Below, piece after piece: positions 51,098-63,720 of a stretch of DNA of 64,000 nt. How positions within the stretch are numbered: position 1 is the first letter of the stretch; the number at the start of each line of letters is the position of its first letter. A program made the translations under genes and the position numbers. Source of the DNA: Kudoa neothunni (Eukaryota; Animalia; Cnidaria); assembly GCA_964304625.1 (NCBI GenBank), contig OZ199840.1:2468787-2532786 (forward strand), written 5' to 3'. The notes beneath the pieces were generated by a model. It had not been told where the DNA came from and searched no databases. It saw only the letters and a list, made by a program, of their open reading frames with translations.

Positions 51098-51917
51098 TAG
51101 GGCATGCAATTTTTGATTTGAACCGTCGATTTTATCAGGGTGGTTCGACTTTTATTTTTTCGGATTGTTTCGGAAAGGGCGCTTTAATAAGAATGGGCCA
51201 AAAAGGATGTGATTTAGAGAATTATATTGAAGATTGAGTTAATTTAAAAATTATTCAAACAGTTTGTTTACAAATACTGCAAGTTAAAGTTATCTACAAA
51301 ACAAAATCATATGCGGAAACATATTGCATTATTGAAATATCGTTCAACGATAAAATCTCTAAAGCATGTCTCTCTTGATCCCGTTTGTTATTTAGAGATT
51401 ATATAAATCAAAAAATAAAGATTTATCCTGTTTCATCTGTAGCTTATGATGGATTAGCATTTAAAAGAATAGATAGTTTACACAAGACCTAGATGTTTTT
51501 CCTAAAAATATTGTCATACAACACGTTCATTTTCTAATGTTAACACTTTCGTTGATAAGCACCTATCTAAATTATTTGAAAAAAAAGATTTTAGCAATGC
51601 CAACTTTTCCAACCATATCTTTAAGCAAGTCGTTGTCTTCAATCGCAATAAAGATTTGTTGGAGATCGGATGTTCTTTCAGATGAGAGAATATCTCTTTC
51701 GATATAAAAATCTATATGGTATTATAACTATGTTAAAATAATTAAATTATATTCCGTGTAATTCTTATTTTTTGTTTGTTGCGCCATGGAGATGTCGCGC
51801 AGATCTGTATATAATCTCCTTTATGAATAAAAGCGCCAAACAACTCGACGTTTATTTATAGACATCGATTTAAACTGTCGATTTTCCAAAAATAAACGCC
51901 GATAATTGCACGCCCTA
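51098..51917 (+). mobile_element. Non-autonomous Ac-type hAT element
   Basis: TIRs TAGGGCATGCAATT / AATTGCACGCCCTA; degenerate 8-bp TSD CTTGTAGC / CGTATAGC. Confidence 0.7.
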
Positions 51918-52291
51918 CGTATAGCTTAATAATGTAGACATTTCGTAAATCGTGTACTTATCATTTATGAGTAGTGGTAAAGAAGACGGCTACTAAAATT
52001 CAACTGTTAAACTTCATTTTTCTCCCGATTTTTTCACGATATTTTTTTACAATTCTAAATGTTGGGCTAGATTATTCGATTCTCAAAAAATTTAACTATA
52101 AATTTCACGAAATGTCGGGTTAATCCCCAGTTGTGCTATTTAAGCCTGTATTTCATTAGGATTTAAACTGTTATTTCGTATTTATACCATGTATAATTCA
52201 TAATTACACACATTTATTTTCCAAAACGAATCAGATAATTTTTTCCCCGTGATCAGATGGAGTAATTCGCGTAAATGGTAGAAAATATCAA

Positions 52292-54215
52292 AGTTAATAG
52301 AATAGGATGTGGCACCTCGAAAAAACCCTTCTGCGCATAGTTTTCTTCGCCAATTCGTTCACGATTGTTTATAATATAATTAATTAATACCGAGATGATG
52401 CATTCAGGTAATCTTAATATCGCCTTATTTTGTTACAAAATCCCGAATACAGCACCATCGGTACACGCGGAATCTTCGTCAAATTTTCCTACACAAATGA
52501 AAACACATTTTATTTTGTATACACTGACCTCTAAATTGATTATGTGCTTCAGTATCATTTTTAGTAACGCTTTATTCAATTTAAATAACAAAGTATAAAC
52601 TATTTAAGCTAAAAGTTTATTAAATTACCCGCGCGTTAGCGAAAATGAATTATTCAGGTTTCTTTGGCGATGAACATTTTTTTATTGATTGATAACCCCT
52701 TATATTGTTTAATATACTTGTAGAAAAAGAATATTTTATTCATTTCTCTTCTAGCTGTGACAATTGCTACAATTTCAATTGTTTCCTCTCACCAATAGGA
52801 ATCTAAACCTTCAAAGGTCAATGTGTAACATAAAACCATATGAAAGAAATGATGCAAATTGTTCATTTAGTTATTTTTGTCAAAATCAACTATTACAGGC
52901 CTAAATGCTAGTTTCACAATTCGAAGCTGTAAAACTAAGGTATCTCCTCGAACTGGAACTTTGTTGGGTTTAAGTTTATTTCTTCACTCCCCAAACATAA
53001 CGATAGAGAAAATATATAAGATTATTTATAACTGAAGCATGGACGAAACAATTATATCTGCCTCCGAAAATCGTGATGTAACCACAAAAACAGCGGGCTA
53101 GGGTTTTAAAAATTAGAAATATTCGTGCTTTTAATGTTCATATATGTAAACCATTTGATAATCAAAATTTTTTCATTGAAATCTACAAAATAATCCTTTA
53201 TGCAAAAACAGAAAAGTTATGGGGCCGGTACTGGTACCTTAAATGAAATATTGATAATTATAGCGTGTCAATTATTTATCATTTTATCAAATTGTCGTAA
53301 TAACCGTTTCGCTTAAATAAGTTGTATAACAATTTATTGTGAATAAAGAATTAATGTTAAGTTACGATAAATGTTAAACCAACTGGTCAATAGTAATATA
53401 TTATAGAAATATAGAAAAACCACAATTATTTGTAAATTTTCTTCAAAAATTGTACAAATTATGATGCAAGATTTAAAATATAATTATTAATCTTCAAAAT
53501 ATAAGGAAAGATTTGACATAAAATTTAAAAACCATATGTATTAATAAATCGAATGACAAGTATAATACTTGTTCAACTATTTATGATTAATTTCCGATTC
53601 ACATTGCTCATTTTATTTAGTATATTTATCTTAAAAAAAATGTGTTTTCAAAATTTAATTGTTACAACATTTTTTTAGAGTTATTCAATGTAATGAAGTT
53701 TGAAGATTACTTAAATCGTCGCTGTAAAAATTTCATGAGAAAATCTCGATGATATGATGATTGTAACTTTTTTTGAAATTCAAATAAATTAACCAAAAAA
53801 ATATACAAACTAAAATAAGTGATAAATTATTGTACTTTTCTTTTAAACGGTTCATAGTCGATACACCAAGATAATAGAGAAGATAATTTATAAAAGATGT
53901 GTAAAGTTTTATTAAACGGCTGATTCATATCGTTTTGGGGCGATCTATTACTAAAAATATTATTAAGGCGCATAATCAACTTAGAAGTTAGTGAATAATA
54001 AATAAAGTATTTTCATTGGTTTTGGAAAATTTAACGAAGATTTCACGAGCGCCGACAATGTTTTATTCGGGATTTGGTAGCCAAGTTAAAGGTTGTCAAA
54101 ATTAGCTCAATCCTTGATCATGATTTTCATTTATTTATTAGGAACAATCATGAAAGGATTGGAGAAAGATAAACGTATAATAATGTTTTAAAGCGCCACA
54201 TCCACATCCTACCTT
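52292..54215 (+). mobile_element. Second copy of the long-TIR Merlin family seen at 17684-19487, in the opposite orientation
   Basis: TAGGATGTGGCACC ... CACATCCTACC ends; ~250-bp TIRs; 53750-53960 is homologous to the reverse complement of 17940-18180. Confidence 0.75.
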
Positions 54216-55410
54216 ATCTTATACCATCATATTATGTTCCGTTTCTATTGTTTGAGTCATTCGAGAATAGCTGTATTTTAAATTGATTTTATATATTCAT
54301 GTAAATTAAGTTTTTTAAATAATATTTTCATCAAAACGTTTAACATTTTCTTATTTATTTCAAATCATGACGCATTTGTTTTAAAACACACTTTCAGCTT
54401 TTTTATTGCATATTTTGAATTTTTTACTAGATAGTTTAAACATTGATATGAAATTATTCGGATAAATTATATATTTATAGTTGTTTTATCAAGTTTATTA
54501 GCGGAATGGTCTCGTCATACATAAGATCGTGTGTTAAAATCTCTTTACCATGAATATCTTCAATTTTTTCATTTGTAAAAGTCATATTGCTTAAATTTTT
54601 TTGGTACGTTAATTTTTCGAATTTAATTAGAATCATACAAAACAACTGCATGAGAATTGATTTCCTATCGAAAGTACTAACATCAAAATTTTATTAATTA
54701 CATGACATTTTGATCAATAAAAAATTATGATTATGGATAATGAATAAAAACTCATTTTACTCAACAGCATACAAATTTCGAATAATATTCATAAAATTGT
54801 TTAATAATTCAAATTTATCTTCCTTTATGGAACGAAACCATTCTTCATGGAGATAACTTTCGTAATGCAAATCGCTTACACCACGATTTATTTGAAGTAT
54901 CTTCAATTTTAACCGTCCCAACACGATTCGATCGTGTTAGAATGATTTCCTCCAACAGCATGGGCGACAGAATGATTCACTGTGAATGTTATTGTAGCTC
55001 AGTTCTTGTAATTTGTTGTGAGGGGTCCATTCATCACAGAATATTGTTGATCCAGGAATAACTTTATTCTTTATAATCGGGAGTAACGTTTCCATGTTAC
55101 GTTTGGGAACTTTAAAATATCGAGCCTCTAAAAGCTTTCTTTTCTTATTTACATCAACCGAACATAAACATAGACCAAACGCCCAAGGTCCATCGATCCT
55201 ATTACCATATTTATCGGATTTGTACAAAGCACTATTTAAAAATTAGGATTTTATATGATGTAAACATTGTTATACATATATTCGTCATATAAATCGCCTA
55301 TCGGGAAGGTACCCACTATTTCCCGTATCCTCTTAAAAATATAGAAATATTAAAGGTAACAATATATATTTCATCTTGAAATTCAGAAAATGATCCTAAA
55401 ACTTCTTTAA

Positions 55411-57321
55411 CCCTCCGGAGCACGCGCAAAAATTACTACGCGAGAGCACGCATGGGGTCTAAAAGACCCCACGAGGAAAATGATGAAAATAATACGTTTT
55501 ATTCAATAAAATAATTATCGTTTAACAACTATCACATATAGTTTTAGAATGTTTTTTGCAAATATTTCCTCAACAAATATTGCATTTTGATTGAGTTTTA
55601 CGATCATTTTGCCTAACACATATATGACATCTATTTGCAGCAGTAGATATTTGGTCACATTCTTTAATTTTTGCCTCATCTACATTAATATTATTAATAC
55701 AATAATTAATTTGTACTTTTGCGGTTCATTTGTTGCTCTAGCAATTGTAATGCTAACGATTTTAAGAATTCTTTTCTCCGAATATTTTTCTTCGTATTTA
55801 AACAATAAATGACATATGAATTTATTGAAACTACATCTAGGAGCGCATGAAATATTACTGCTGGCCACCTTCTGGTAATTCGATAGATAGAATAATTGAC
55901 GCACATTTGGTCGATTGTGTCTACACCTCCCTTGGTGGAATTATAAAATGAAATCATTTCAGGAAGTTTCTGGGGATGATTTGAATCTATTATTGGTTTA
56001 TGGTGAAAAGAACTCAATAATATGACAGATTTTTTTTTCGAAGTGTATGACAGCAATGTAAAATCTTTGGTAAAACCAAACATGGACGAGTATATCTCTT
56101 TTGTCTTCGATGGTAGAAATTCCGAAGGAATCTCCTTTTTATTTTTTCTAATAGTACCACATGCAGTGATACCACGTTTCAATAATTCTTCGAAGAGAGG
56201 AACGGAGGTAAACCAATTATCTACCGTAACGTTTCTACCAGAACCTAAAATCGGTTCCACCAACCGCAGTACTAAACTTTTTGGTGAGTTGGCAATTCTA
56301 TGAGTGCCAACATTTTGAGCACCTAAGTATACCTCAATATTAAGGTATAAAATGTTTTAGCATCAGCCATATTAAAGATTTTTATGCCACATTTTGCAGG
56401 TTTTAGAGGCATGTATTGCTTAAAAATACAGTTGCCTCTGAATGTCCGAAGCATTTCGTCAATTGTTAAATTTTCGGTCGGAGTATAGTATTTTAAGAAA
56501 TTGGATTTTATGCGGCAAATAACATCTCTAATTTTAAATAATCTATCATTAGAGGACTCCAATGATATTGACGAATCATTCGTAAAACGTAGACAACGTT
56601 TCAATAACTTAAATCTATTTTGGCCGAATACTTTTTTGCAAATGGGAAATCCAAAGATATCATCTGCCCAGAGTTCATTCATATTGGTTAAATTAGCTTT
56701 TTTAACTCCAAGAAAATAATGTAAACCTATAAATGCTTTTAATTCACATAAATCAAATTCAACGCAATCTCTTTTTCGTTTGAAATTAGTTTGTATTTTT
56801 TTTAGGTGGTCATTTGTAAAATGTAGTATGTCGTTCAGTATTTCGTCTGTAATAAATAAACTCCATATCTCAGACTCTGTATTAACATTATCAGGAAGAT
56901 TGATTTGATATTTTTCTTGAATAATATCATGTTTTCTTTTTTTGCCAAACAAACCGACTGGATTAGGCGACCATTCATAATTCTTTCCATGTAATGTTTC
57001 CTTATTAATATTTGAACAGTCAACAATCAATTCATCATCGCCAATGTCTTTTGACACATCAGAATCAGATATATCACTATTTTCTGATAGTATGTTATCC
57101 AAATAGGAGTCAGAGCTATATATCTCCGAATCCGACGAAAACATATCACTGCTATCACAATGTAAAAAATTTTCAAAATCCATATCTGTTAAATCTCTAT
57201 ATTTTTTGTAAAAAAATATGCGAATAAAATTAATTACGAGTCACTAGCCTAAACCGAAAAAATATTATAGCGATATAAAAACCACGTGGGGTCTTTTAGA
57301 CCCCACGCGTGCTCCGGAGGG
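55411..57321 (-). mobile_element. Near full-length piggyBac (1911 bp) with a disrupted transposase (57183 to ~55523)
   Basis: TTAA TSD at 55407 and 57322; perfect 16-bp TIR CCCTCCGGAGCACGCG; GGGGTCTAAAAGACCCC subterminal palindromes; catalytic D motifs TIDEM, TVDNWF, GGVDTIDQ; C-terminal Cys-rich domain. Two frameshifts (near 56335 and 55720) and one TGA in the Cys-rich domain. Confidence 0.95.
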
Positions 57322-57709
57322 TTAACTGATGATTTTTTGCAGTTGTCCCCTTTCATATACCTTCCCCTGTTGTTCTTTTTTTTACCATGCAATAAGCTTT
57401 CGTCAATTTCTATGACGAAACCGGCACCTCTAAAGGGTTTTCTCATATTAAATAATTTGGAAAAAACATCTCGAATCTTGGCAAACCACAAGCTAATGAT
57501 GGGCCTCGATATTGCTACCATTTCTGAAGCCGAATCAATAGTATTTTAAAATACCTGACAATAAATAATTTTCATTATTATCTTTAATGATAGCTTTGTT
57601 CTCGAGTTCGAATTACCAGTAGAAAAAAGTATTTCTTATTGGACAGTATTTAGTTTTACATCTATTATAATTTAAAACAGTCAAAAGTTTGACATTACTT
57701 TCCGCATAC

Positions 57710-60700
57710 AGTAATGGTATAGTGTTCCGCTCCCACAATTCGGCCCCTTGTGCATCTGTAAATTTACCGAGATTAGACCGATTCGAATATTTACAAGTTT
57801 AAAATATGGTCCGTACACTAATAAACCACGTAATTTAATTCTAAAAATTTGGCCCAAATTCTCGTTAGGCCTACCTTGGCCATCGCACATGATTTTACGC
57901 ATATGGTTTCTATAATGGTTTCTTTACGAATTTAATATTTCAATCGACCCCTAGTTAATTTTTCTAATTAATTTAATTGTCTATATCGATTATTATAAAT
58001 TATATTTTCAAAAAATTAAATACATAATAAGATGGTATTTCTGAGGTGAAGATATGTGATCCAATTAAAAATTTTCTAGTTTATTTATTTTTTTAAACTA
58101 TAAATAATTGCTTATATCGAATATAAGGAAAACAATATGCCATAACCATTTTTCAAATGTTGCCTAACAGTTTACATTTTTTACAATAAGTTTTCCTTTC
58201 ATCAGCAATCGTTATTTTATTGACAGTCTTATTCATAATTTAAAAGAGAACAAACTATTTTATTTTATCTAATGCTACATTACCCTATTACCTACCTGTT
58301 GGATATTTAAGGTAGTTAAACAACCTTTTCGCGATGAACTACTAATTAGATATAATTTACACGTTTGATATTGTGAATAATATAAATGTTTATATAGGTT
58401 ATTTAAAATTAAATAATTAGATAAAAATTAGTTCAGCGTATGTTACGGACACATCTTAACAAACACCAACTCTATTAATATCTAAATCTGAGATTTATAA
58501 TCTGATGCCCATAGAATTTTAATGGATGTTCTGAAAAAATTAAAGGGTTTTATTAATAATTTCAACTAATTTGTTTTGCCGTTTTATTGCATAATTGCAA
58601 TTAAATTTTTGAATTTTCAAATTATTAATGTAATTAATAGAAATATTACGTACTCCTTTGCGTTATCATTTGAAATTATCATTTATTAATAATTTCCTTG
58701 TACTCTTAACTAATCTTTATAAATTTTCCTCCCAAATGAGAATGATTTGGTAATTCATTTTATATTAACTAAATGTTTTGGGAAATTATTGTGCTCGTTT
58801 ACCAAAGGGAACAGAAATAATCTGATTGAACATTTTGAGATATATTATTTATGATTAGACAATATGTACTTTACGTGAAATTGATATTTTTATGATTTAA
58901 GATTTAATCATCTCAAGAGTGTAATTCCGTCAATACTCTTTTAACGGATTATTCTAAAAAATATAATATTTATATCCATAAAATTCTAATATTCGTTTAA
59001 ATTTAAATATTATCGATTGCGGAAATTCTTTCATCAAAGAAATTATTATAATTTAAGTGAAAACTAATTAAAAAATTTATTATTAAGCATTAAAATAAAT
59101 CTTGTATTAGTAAATACAAAAATATAAAATTTAAATAATATTGTGTATATGAGAGGTATTATCGTATTCTAAAGAAGTTTGTTAAAGATAGGGTTTAAGA
59201 ACCATTAATCTAAATAATTTATTCCTCATTTTAAATTATTGATTGAATATACAACGCCATTACGTGCTGATGTTTAATATAAATTTATAATTAAAAAAAT
59301 AATTTAATTAATTAAATATCAGACATTTAAAAGTAGTTATCATTCGCACGGATTTTAAAAAAATTGAAAAGATTAAAACAAATATTTTTTTCATTTTATA
59401 ATCGATTAAGTGGATATGGGACGACTATTTCGTTTGGTACATAATAGAGTAACTCCAATAATTAGGGTATTTAGAACGTAGTCACTCTTCTTGTAGATAG
59501 AAATTCAGTAAATGTTTTGACACACCACCCATTTTTCGTAAAATTTTCGTTTTAAGGTGATACCATACTACTTCTACAGTATTCGTATGGTAATCTTCAC
59601 TGCTAACACAGTTTAGAGTGGCTTACGCTTAAATGAGAAAATCCACTTTTTCCAAGTGGTCGATAAACTTTCCATTCATCGGTAAAAATTGTTGATTCAG
59701 GTTCCACTTCGTGTAGTATCAACAGGATTAAAGTTTCTATGTCCCTTCTCTCAACAATAAAGAACCTAGATTCCAGATGGGTCCTCGTTCCATCGTCGTT
59801 AATGGTGCGTTCGCAAATACCGACCACCCATGGACCTAAAATACAGTTATCGTAGCATTCAACGACTGATAAAGAATCGGTAGCATCAGAGTCGTCTGTG
59901 GGATTCTTGGATGGTGTGCGCATTGCCCAAACAAAATACAGTTAGATATTGAGATATACAGAGATCACAATGAAGGGTTGAATACTAATCTAAATGTATG
60001 ATAATGTTTGATAATGACGTCATAGGTTCACTAATGACGCATACGTTGAGGGACACATTCATTAGACTCTGTTAAAATGATTATTTGAATTTCTTATCAC
60101 CAGATAAATCTGGTGGTTCCCTGACATCGTCATCCTCTGATTTGCTAGGGATGTGTTTCATTAGGAGCATTTTTCCATTTATCAAACCCTAAAAAATGTC
60201 CTCTGTTATTCTTTCGTTTGCCCTTTAAGAGACATTCATCGATTTCGATGACTTTTTTTTGGACTTTCAGATTTTTCGCGACAATTAAAACATGTCGAAA
60301 TGTTTCGAATTTTTGCATACCCCATATATTATTGTAATGCCCGAAATTTGTGATAGGCCGATTGTTTTGCATCTTTGTTTCTCAAAACACCGAAGATATA
60401 ATAATTCAAATATCTATTGAATGGTTAGATTTGATGAGTTATAACCATATGCGTTGATTATAGAAAAAAAGTCGCAGCTTGAGGTGAAAAATGAGTTTCG
60501 CAGTTTCTACTTTACAAGAATAAATCATAATATATTAATTATATTACTTTGAAACATATATAGGAAAATTTGTCACAGTTTTTGACGAACAGATCACCCA
60601 TAGAATTGTTGTTTATTGTTCAATTTACAACCCTAAATTTTAAACTATTACGTCGACGACAGTTTTTGCATCTTTCAGGGTTTGGAAGTTTTCTTCCTCT

Positions 60701-61334
60701 AAATAATTTATTAATTTTTCTTGATTAATTAACAGGCTATAAAATTGGCGCTGACGTAGGATCACCACCATTGTATATTGATTACGTTGCGCAACGTGAC
60801 GCCAAATTTTTTAATCGTTTGTAGGAATTTTAACTCCTAAAAACTGGTATATTGTTATTATTTAAAACTTATTAATAATTACATTTAATATTCGAATATG
60901 AGTCATGTTTGAAAAAGTTAAAAAATACCTCGAGATTCACAAAATATGTTTGTATAGGTTTACAATTTAAAAAAATTGACAATACAATGTTTAGATAATG
61001 TAATAACTTTCGGAACTTAATTATACATATAGTTATAAACTTGATAAGAATACTAAAAAATAAAATTAGTTAGAAAAATTAAATAGGGATCGATGGAAAT
61101 ATTAAATTGGTAAAGAAACCAGTATAGAAACCATATGCGTAAAATCATGCGCGTTGACCGAGGAAGACCGAACGAGAATTGAGAATTTAGGCCAAATTTT
61201 TAGAATTGAATTATGTGGTTTATTAGTGTACGGATCATATTTTAAAATTGTAAATATTCGAATCTAACTAATGTCGGTAAATTTACAGATGCGCAAGGGG
61301 CCGAATTTTGGGAGAAGCATACTATACCATTACC
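57710..61334 (-). mobile_element. Merlin element (3.6 kb) with ~270-bp TIRs and a perfect 8-bp TSD
   Basis: TSD CCGCATAC at 57702-57709 and 61335-61342; TIR (A/G)GTAATGGTATAGT...; decayed transposase VIEIDECLLKGKRKNNRG, GPWVVG, TIFTDEWKVY, HTNTVEVVW. Confidence 0.92.
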
Positions 61335-61541
61335 CCGCATACATATACAAGTTGATTATCATCGTTATTTAACGAGAAAGAATGCGTGTCAATTTTGGAG
61401 TCCTTTTTTTCTTTCTATTTGATAAATACATAGAACCGCGACTCCTGCTATTCTTGCACCTTTTAGAGACGAAGACAATTAATTTAAAAAAAAGATATTC
61501 AAATAGAAGACTCATTATTTATAGGGTTTTCCGAGCTTTAG

Positions 61542-61688
61542 TGACATCATGTCAAGCATTAATGACATCATGTCAAGCATTAATGACATCATGTCAAGCA
61601 TTAATGACATCATGTCAAGCATTAATGACATCATGTCAAGCATTAATGACATCATGTCAAGCATTAATGACATCATGTCAAGCTTTAG
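61542..61688. repeat. Seven tandem 21-bp units TGACATCATGTCAAGCATTAA inside the Tc1 TIR
   Basis: Six identical units plus one ending GCTTTAG; the opposite TIR has a single unit. Confidence 0.95.
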
Positions 61689-61821
61689 TGACACGGTATT
61701 TAAGATAGCTATATAATTAGGTAAGAAAATACGAAAATATTACTTTAGATTTCGAATGAACAACAAATAATAATTTTGGGAATTTGAAAAAGATATCCAA
61801 ACACTATCGTATAATTTATAC

Positions 61822-62842
61822 TTATTCTAAAATAATTTCTCGGTTTAAACATCTGCTGATATATCGAAGCATTTTTCGATAATAATTTGAGCAGTCGTTG
61901 GTGGAAATAACTTTGAAACCATCATCTATTAAATTTAAAAGGTCGCTTTCATTTCTCGCATGTCCTCTCACAACATGGTTTTTCCATTTGTTGAAAACAT
62001 TTTCAATTGGATTCATGAAGGGTGAATACGGAGGTAGATACATCAACGTTAGTTGTAACGTTGCTAAAATTTCGCTAAGTCCCTGATAATGATGTATCCT
62101 TGCATTATCGAGTATGAAGCATGGATCTTTAATTTCCAAAGAACGGCACAAATCTGCCAACTCAATGAGGAACTCTTTAAAATCTTCGCCATTTACTGGT
62201 CTTCGATTTATTTTATATAGCACCATGCCATACTTATTCATCGCTGCGATGACGGATATGTTCCTTGACTTGACGGCTTTCACGTTTACATATGCTGATG
62301 TACCAGCAAGCGAACGACCCTGTCTTGTACGTGACGATACATTAAAACCAACTTCGTCAATAAAAACAAAGTTGCTGCCTTCTGCCTCAAGCAATTTTGA
62401 ATTGAACTCTTGGGCGTACACAAAACGTTTTTCCACTGTATCGTCAGAGTTTCTTCGTTCAGGAACAATGGTGAGCATTTTTAAAGAATAATGGAATTCT
62501 TTAAGGCATCTATTTATTGTGCTAACGCTAACACTCACGCCACATTCGTCTAATAATTTTTGACGAAGAGTCTTAAGGGTAATGGTGGCGTCCTCATCCA
62601 CCCAACTTCTAATACGCAACTTTTGATCTTCATTGAGTTTTGAAGAAAAGTCACCACCCCTTTTTAATGACTTTTCTTTCCCATCAAGAAGATACGATTT
62701 TACAATTGAAGCAAGTTTGTCGCTTAATTCCAACATTTTCAGCGATGACGGCGTTGCTGTAACCCAATTCGCACTGATTAGCAATCATTTTCCTATCTCG
62801 GTCACTTATTGTTTGTCTCTTAAATTTGGTTCGAGTTGTCAT
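61822..62842 (-). CDS. DD34E transposase; N-terminal HTH lies in a different frame (break near 62713)
   Basis: FIDEVGF...LDNARIH-LPPYSPFMNPIE with 34 residues between D and E. ATG 62842 gives MTTRTKFKRQTISDRDRKMIANQCELGYSNAVIAENVGIKRQT, which needs a +1 shift to join ASIVKSY. Confidence 0.85.
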
Positions 62843-63269
62843 TTGAGAATCGTCGCTATTATCTGTTTTTAAAGTTCATAAATATTAAACTAACGTGTAA
62901 TGTTAAATTTATACCACTCATATTATTTTTATTCGATTAATTTACAATGTGAACGTAATTATAAGTTAAATTACGCACGTGTCACTAAAGCTTGACATGA
63001 TGTCACTAAAGCTCGAAAAACCCTATATTAAAATAAAAAAAATCCTCATCGCTTCGTATAGTAGCTATGTTTTTAGCAAATACCGACAGTGACACGTGTT
63101 ACTATATCGACTAAGTTCTAGCACGAAATATCACTTATGATCATCTTTAACAATTTCGTCAATTTATTCAGACAAAATTAACAAAAATATTCGTTAGGAT
63201 GAATGAGAGATCATGTAATACTCAATGAAATGAAAACACCCATTTGTGTAGAAAATATGCTTGTCAAAC

Positions 63270-63720
63270 ATAACTAGGGAGCTTAAGGTAAAACCCTTGT
63301 CGTAACTTTTTAGATAGTAGAGTTGTTCCTGGTTAGGTCAACCCTTTAATGCTATAGGCACCACAGGACGAGTAACATCTACTTCGCTACCCTTATTGTT
63401 CGATGATATTGTACGAGTTTAATCTTCCAAACACATCCATTCTGGGGCAACCATCACCCTAAAATCTTGTCCACAAGGATTTGGCTCTGCAGATATCTCA
63501 AGCCTGTTATAGTGCTTACCCGGCGGTTCAAACGTCTAATTAAACCTCTTGTTAGATCATACTATGAATGTAAGAGAACATTTATTTAACAATTGAACTC
63601 TAGCTACAGCTCTCCGTATATGATAGATACACCCGAACAGAAACAATAGGCTTATCGAAGGCGGGGATCGAACCTAATACCTCAGGGTATTGAGTCTAAT
63701 CCTCACATCATTGAACATGC
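63270..63720 (-). mobile_element. Possible tRNA-derived SINE
   Basis: The minus strand has a B-box GGTTCGATCCC about 35 nt after a degenerate A-box-like TGTTCAATGATG, followed by a relatively GC-rich noncoding body. No cloverleaf can be built. Confidence 0.3.

Larger units (their letters stand above)
61524..63023 (-). mobile_element. Tc1/IS630-like element, TA(TA)-flanked
   Basis: TIRs GGGTTTT(C/T)CGAGCTTTAGTGACATCATGTCAAGC; TATA on both sides. Confidence 0.92.

Noticed and set aside
15303-55575. Alternative genetic code (TGA read as sense), suggested by in-frame TGAs at 15308, in the BED finger and in the piggyBac Cys-rich domain
   Set aside because: ADAM10 and HP1 terminate at TGA and conserved Trp residues use TGG. 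The in-frame TGAs fall in decayed TEs or frame-ambiguous exons.
61542-61688. CRISPR array, or the 108-aa repeat ORF (61382-61708)
   Set aside because: The units abut with no spacers, no cas genes are present, and the array is part of a Tc1 TIR. The TSCQALM ORF is a by-product of the 21-bp period.
20127-62842. Bacterial origin or contamination suggested by IS1595-like and IS630-like transposases
   Set aside because: They are interleaved with spliceosomal-intron animal genes and with piggyBac/hAT elements. They are the eukaryotic Merlin and Tc1 counterparts.
3187-62872. The many 60-125 aa ORFs antisense to or overlapping real genes and TEs (e.g. 3187-3405, 32535-32762, 36879-37193, 44431-44730, 62114-62491)
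   Set aside because: They are shadow ORFs with no motifs, explained by the opposite-strand gene or by chance.
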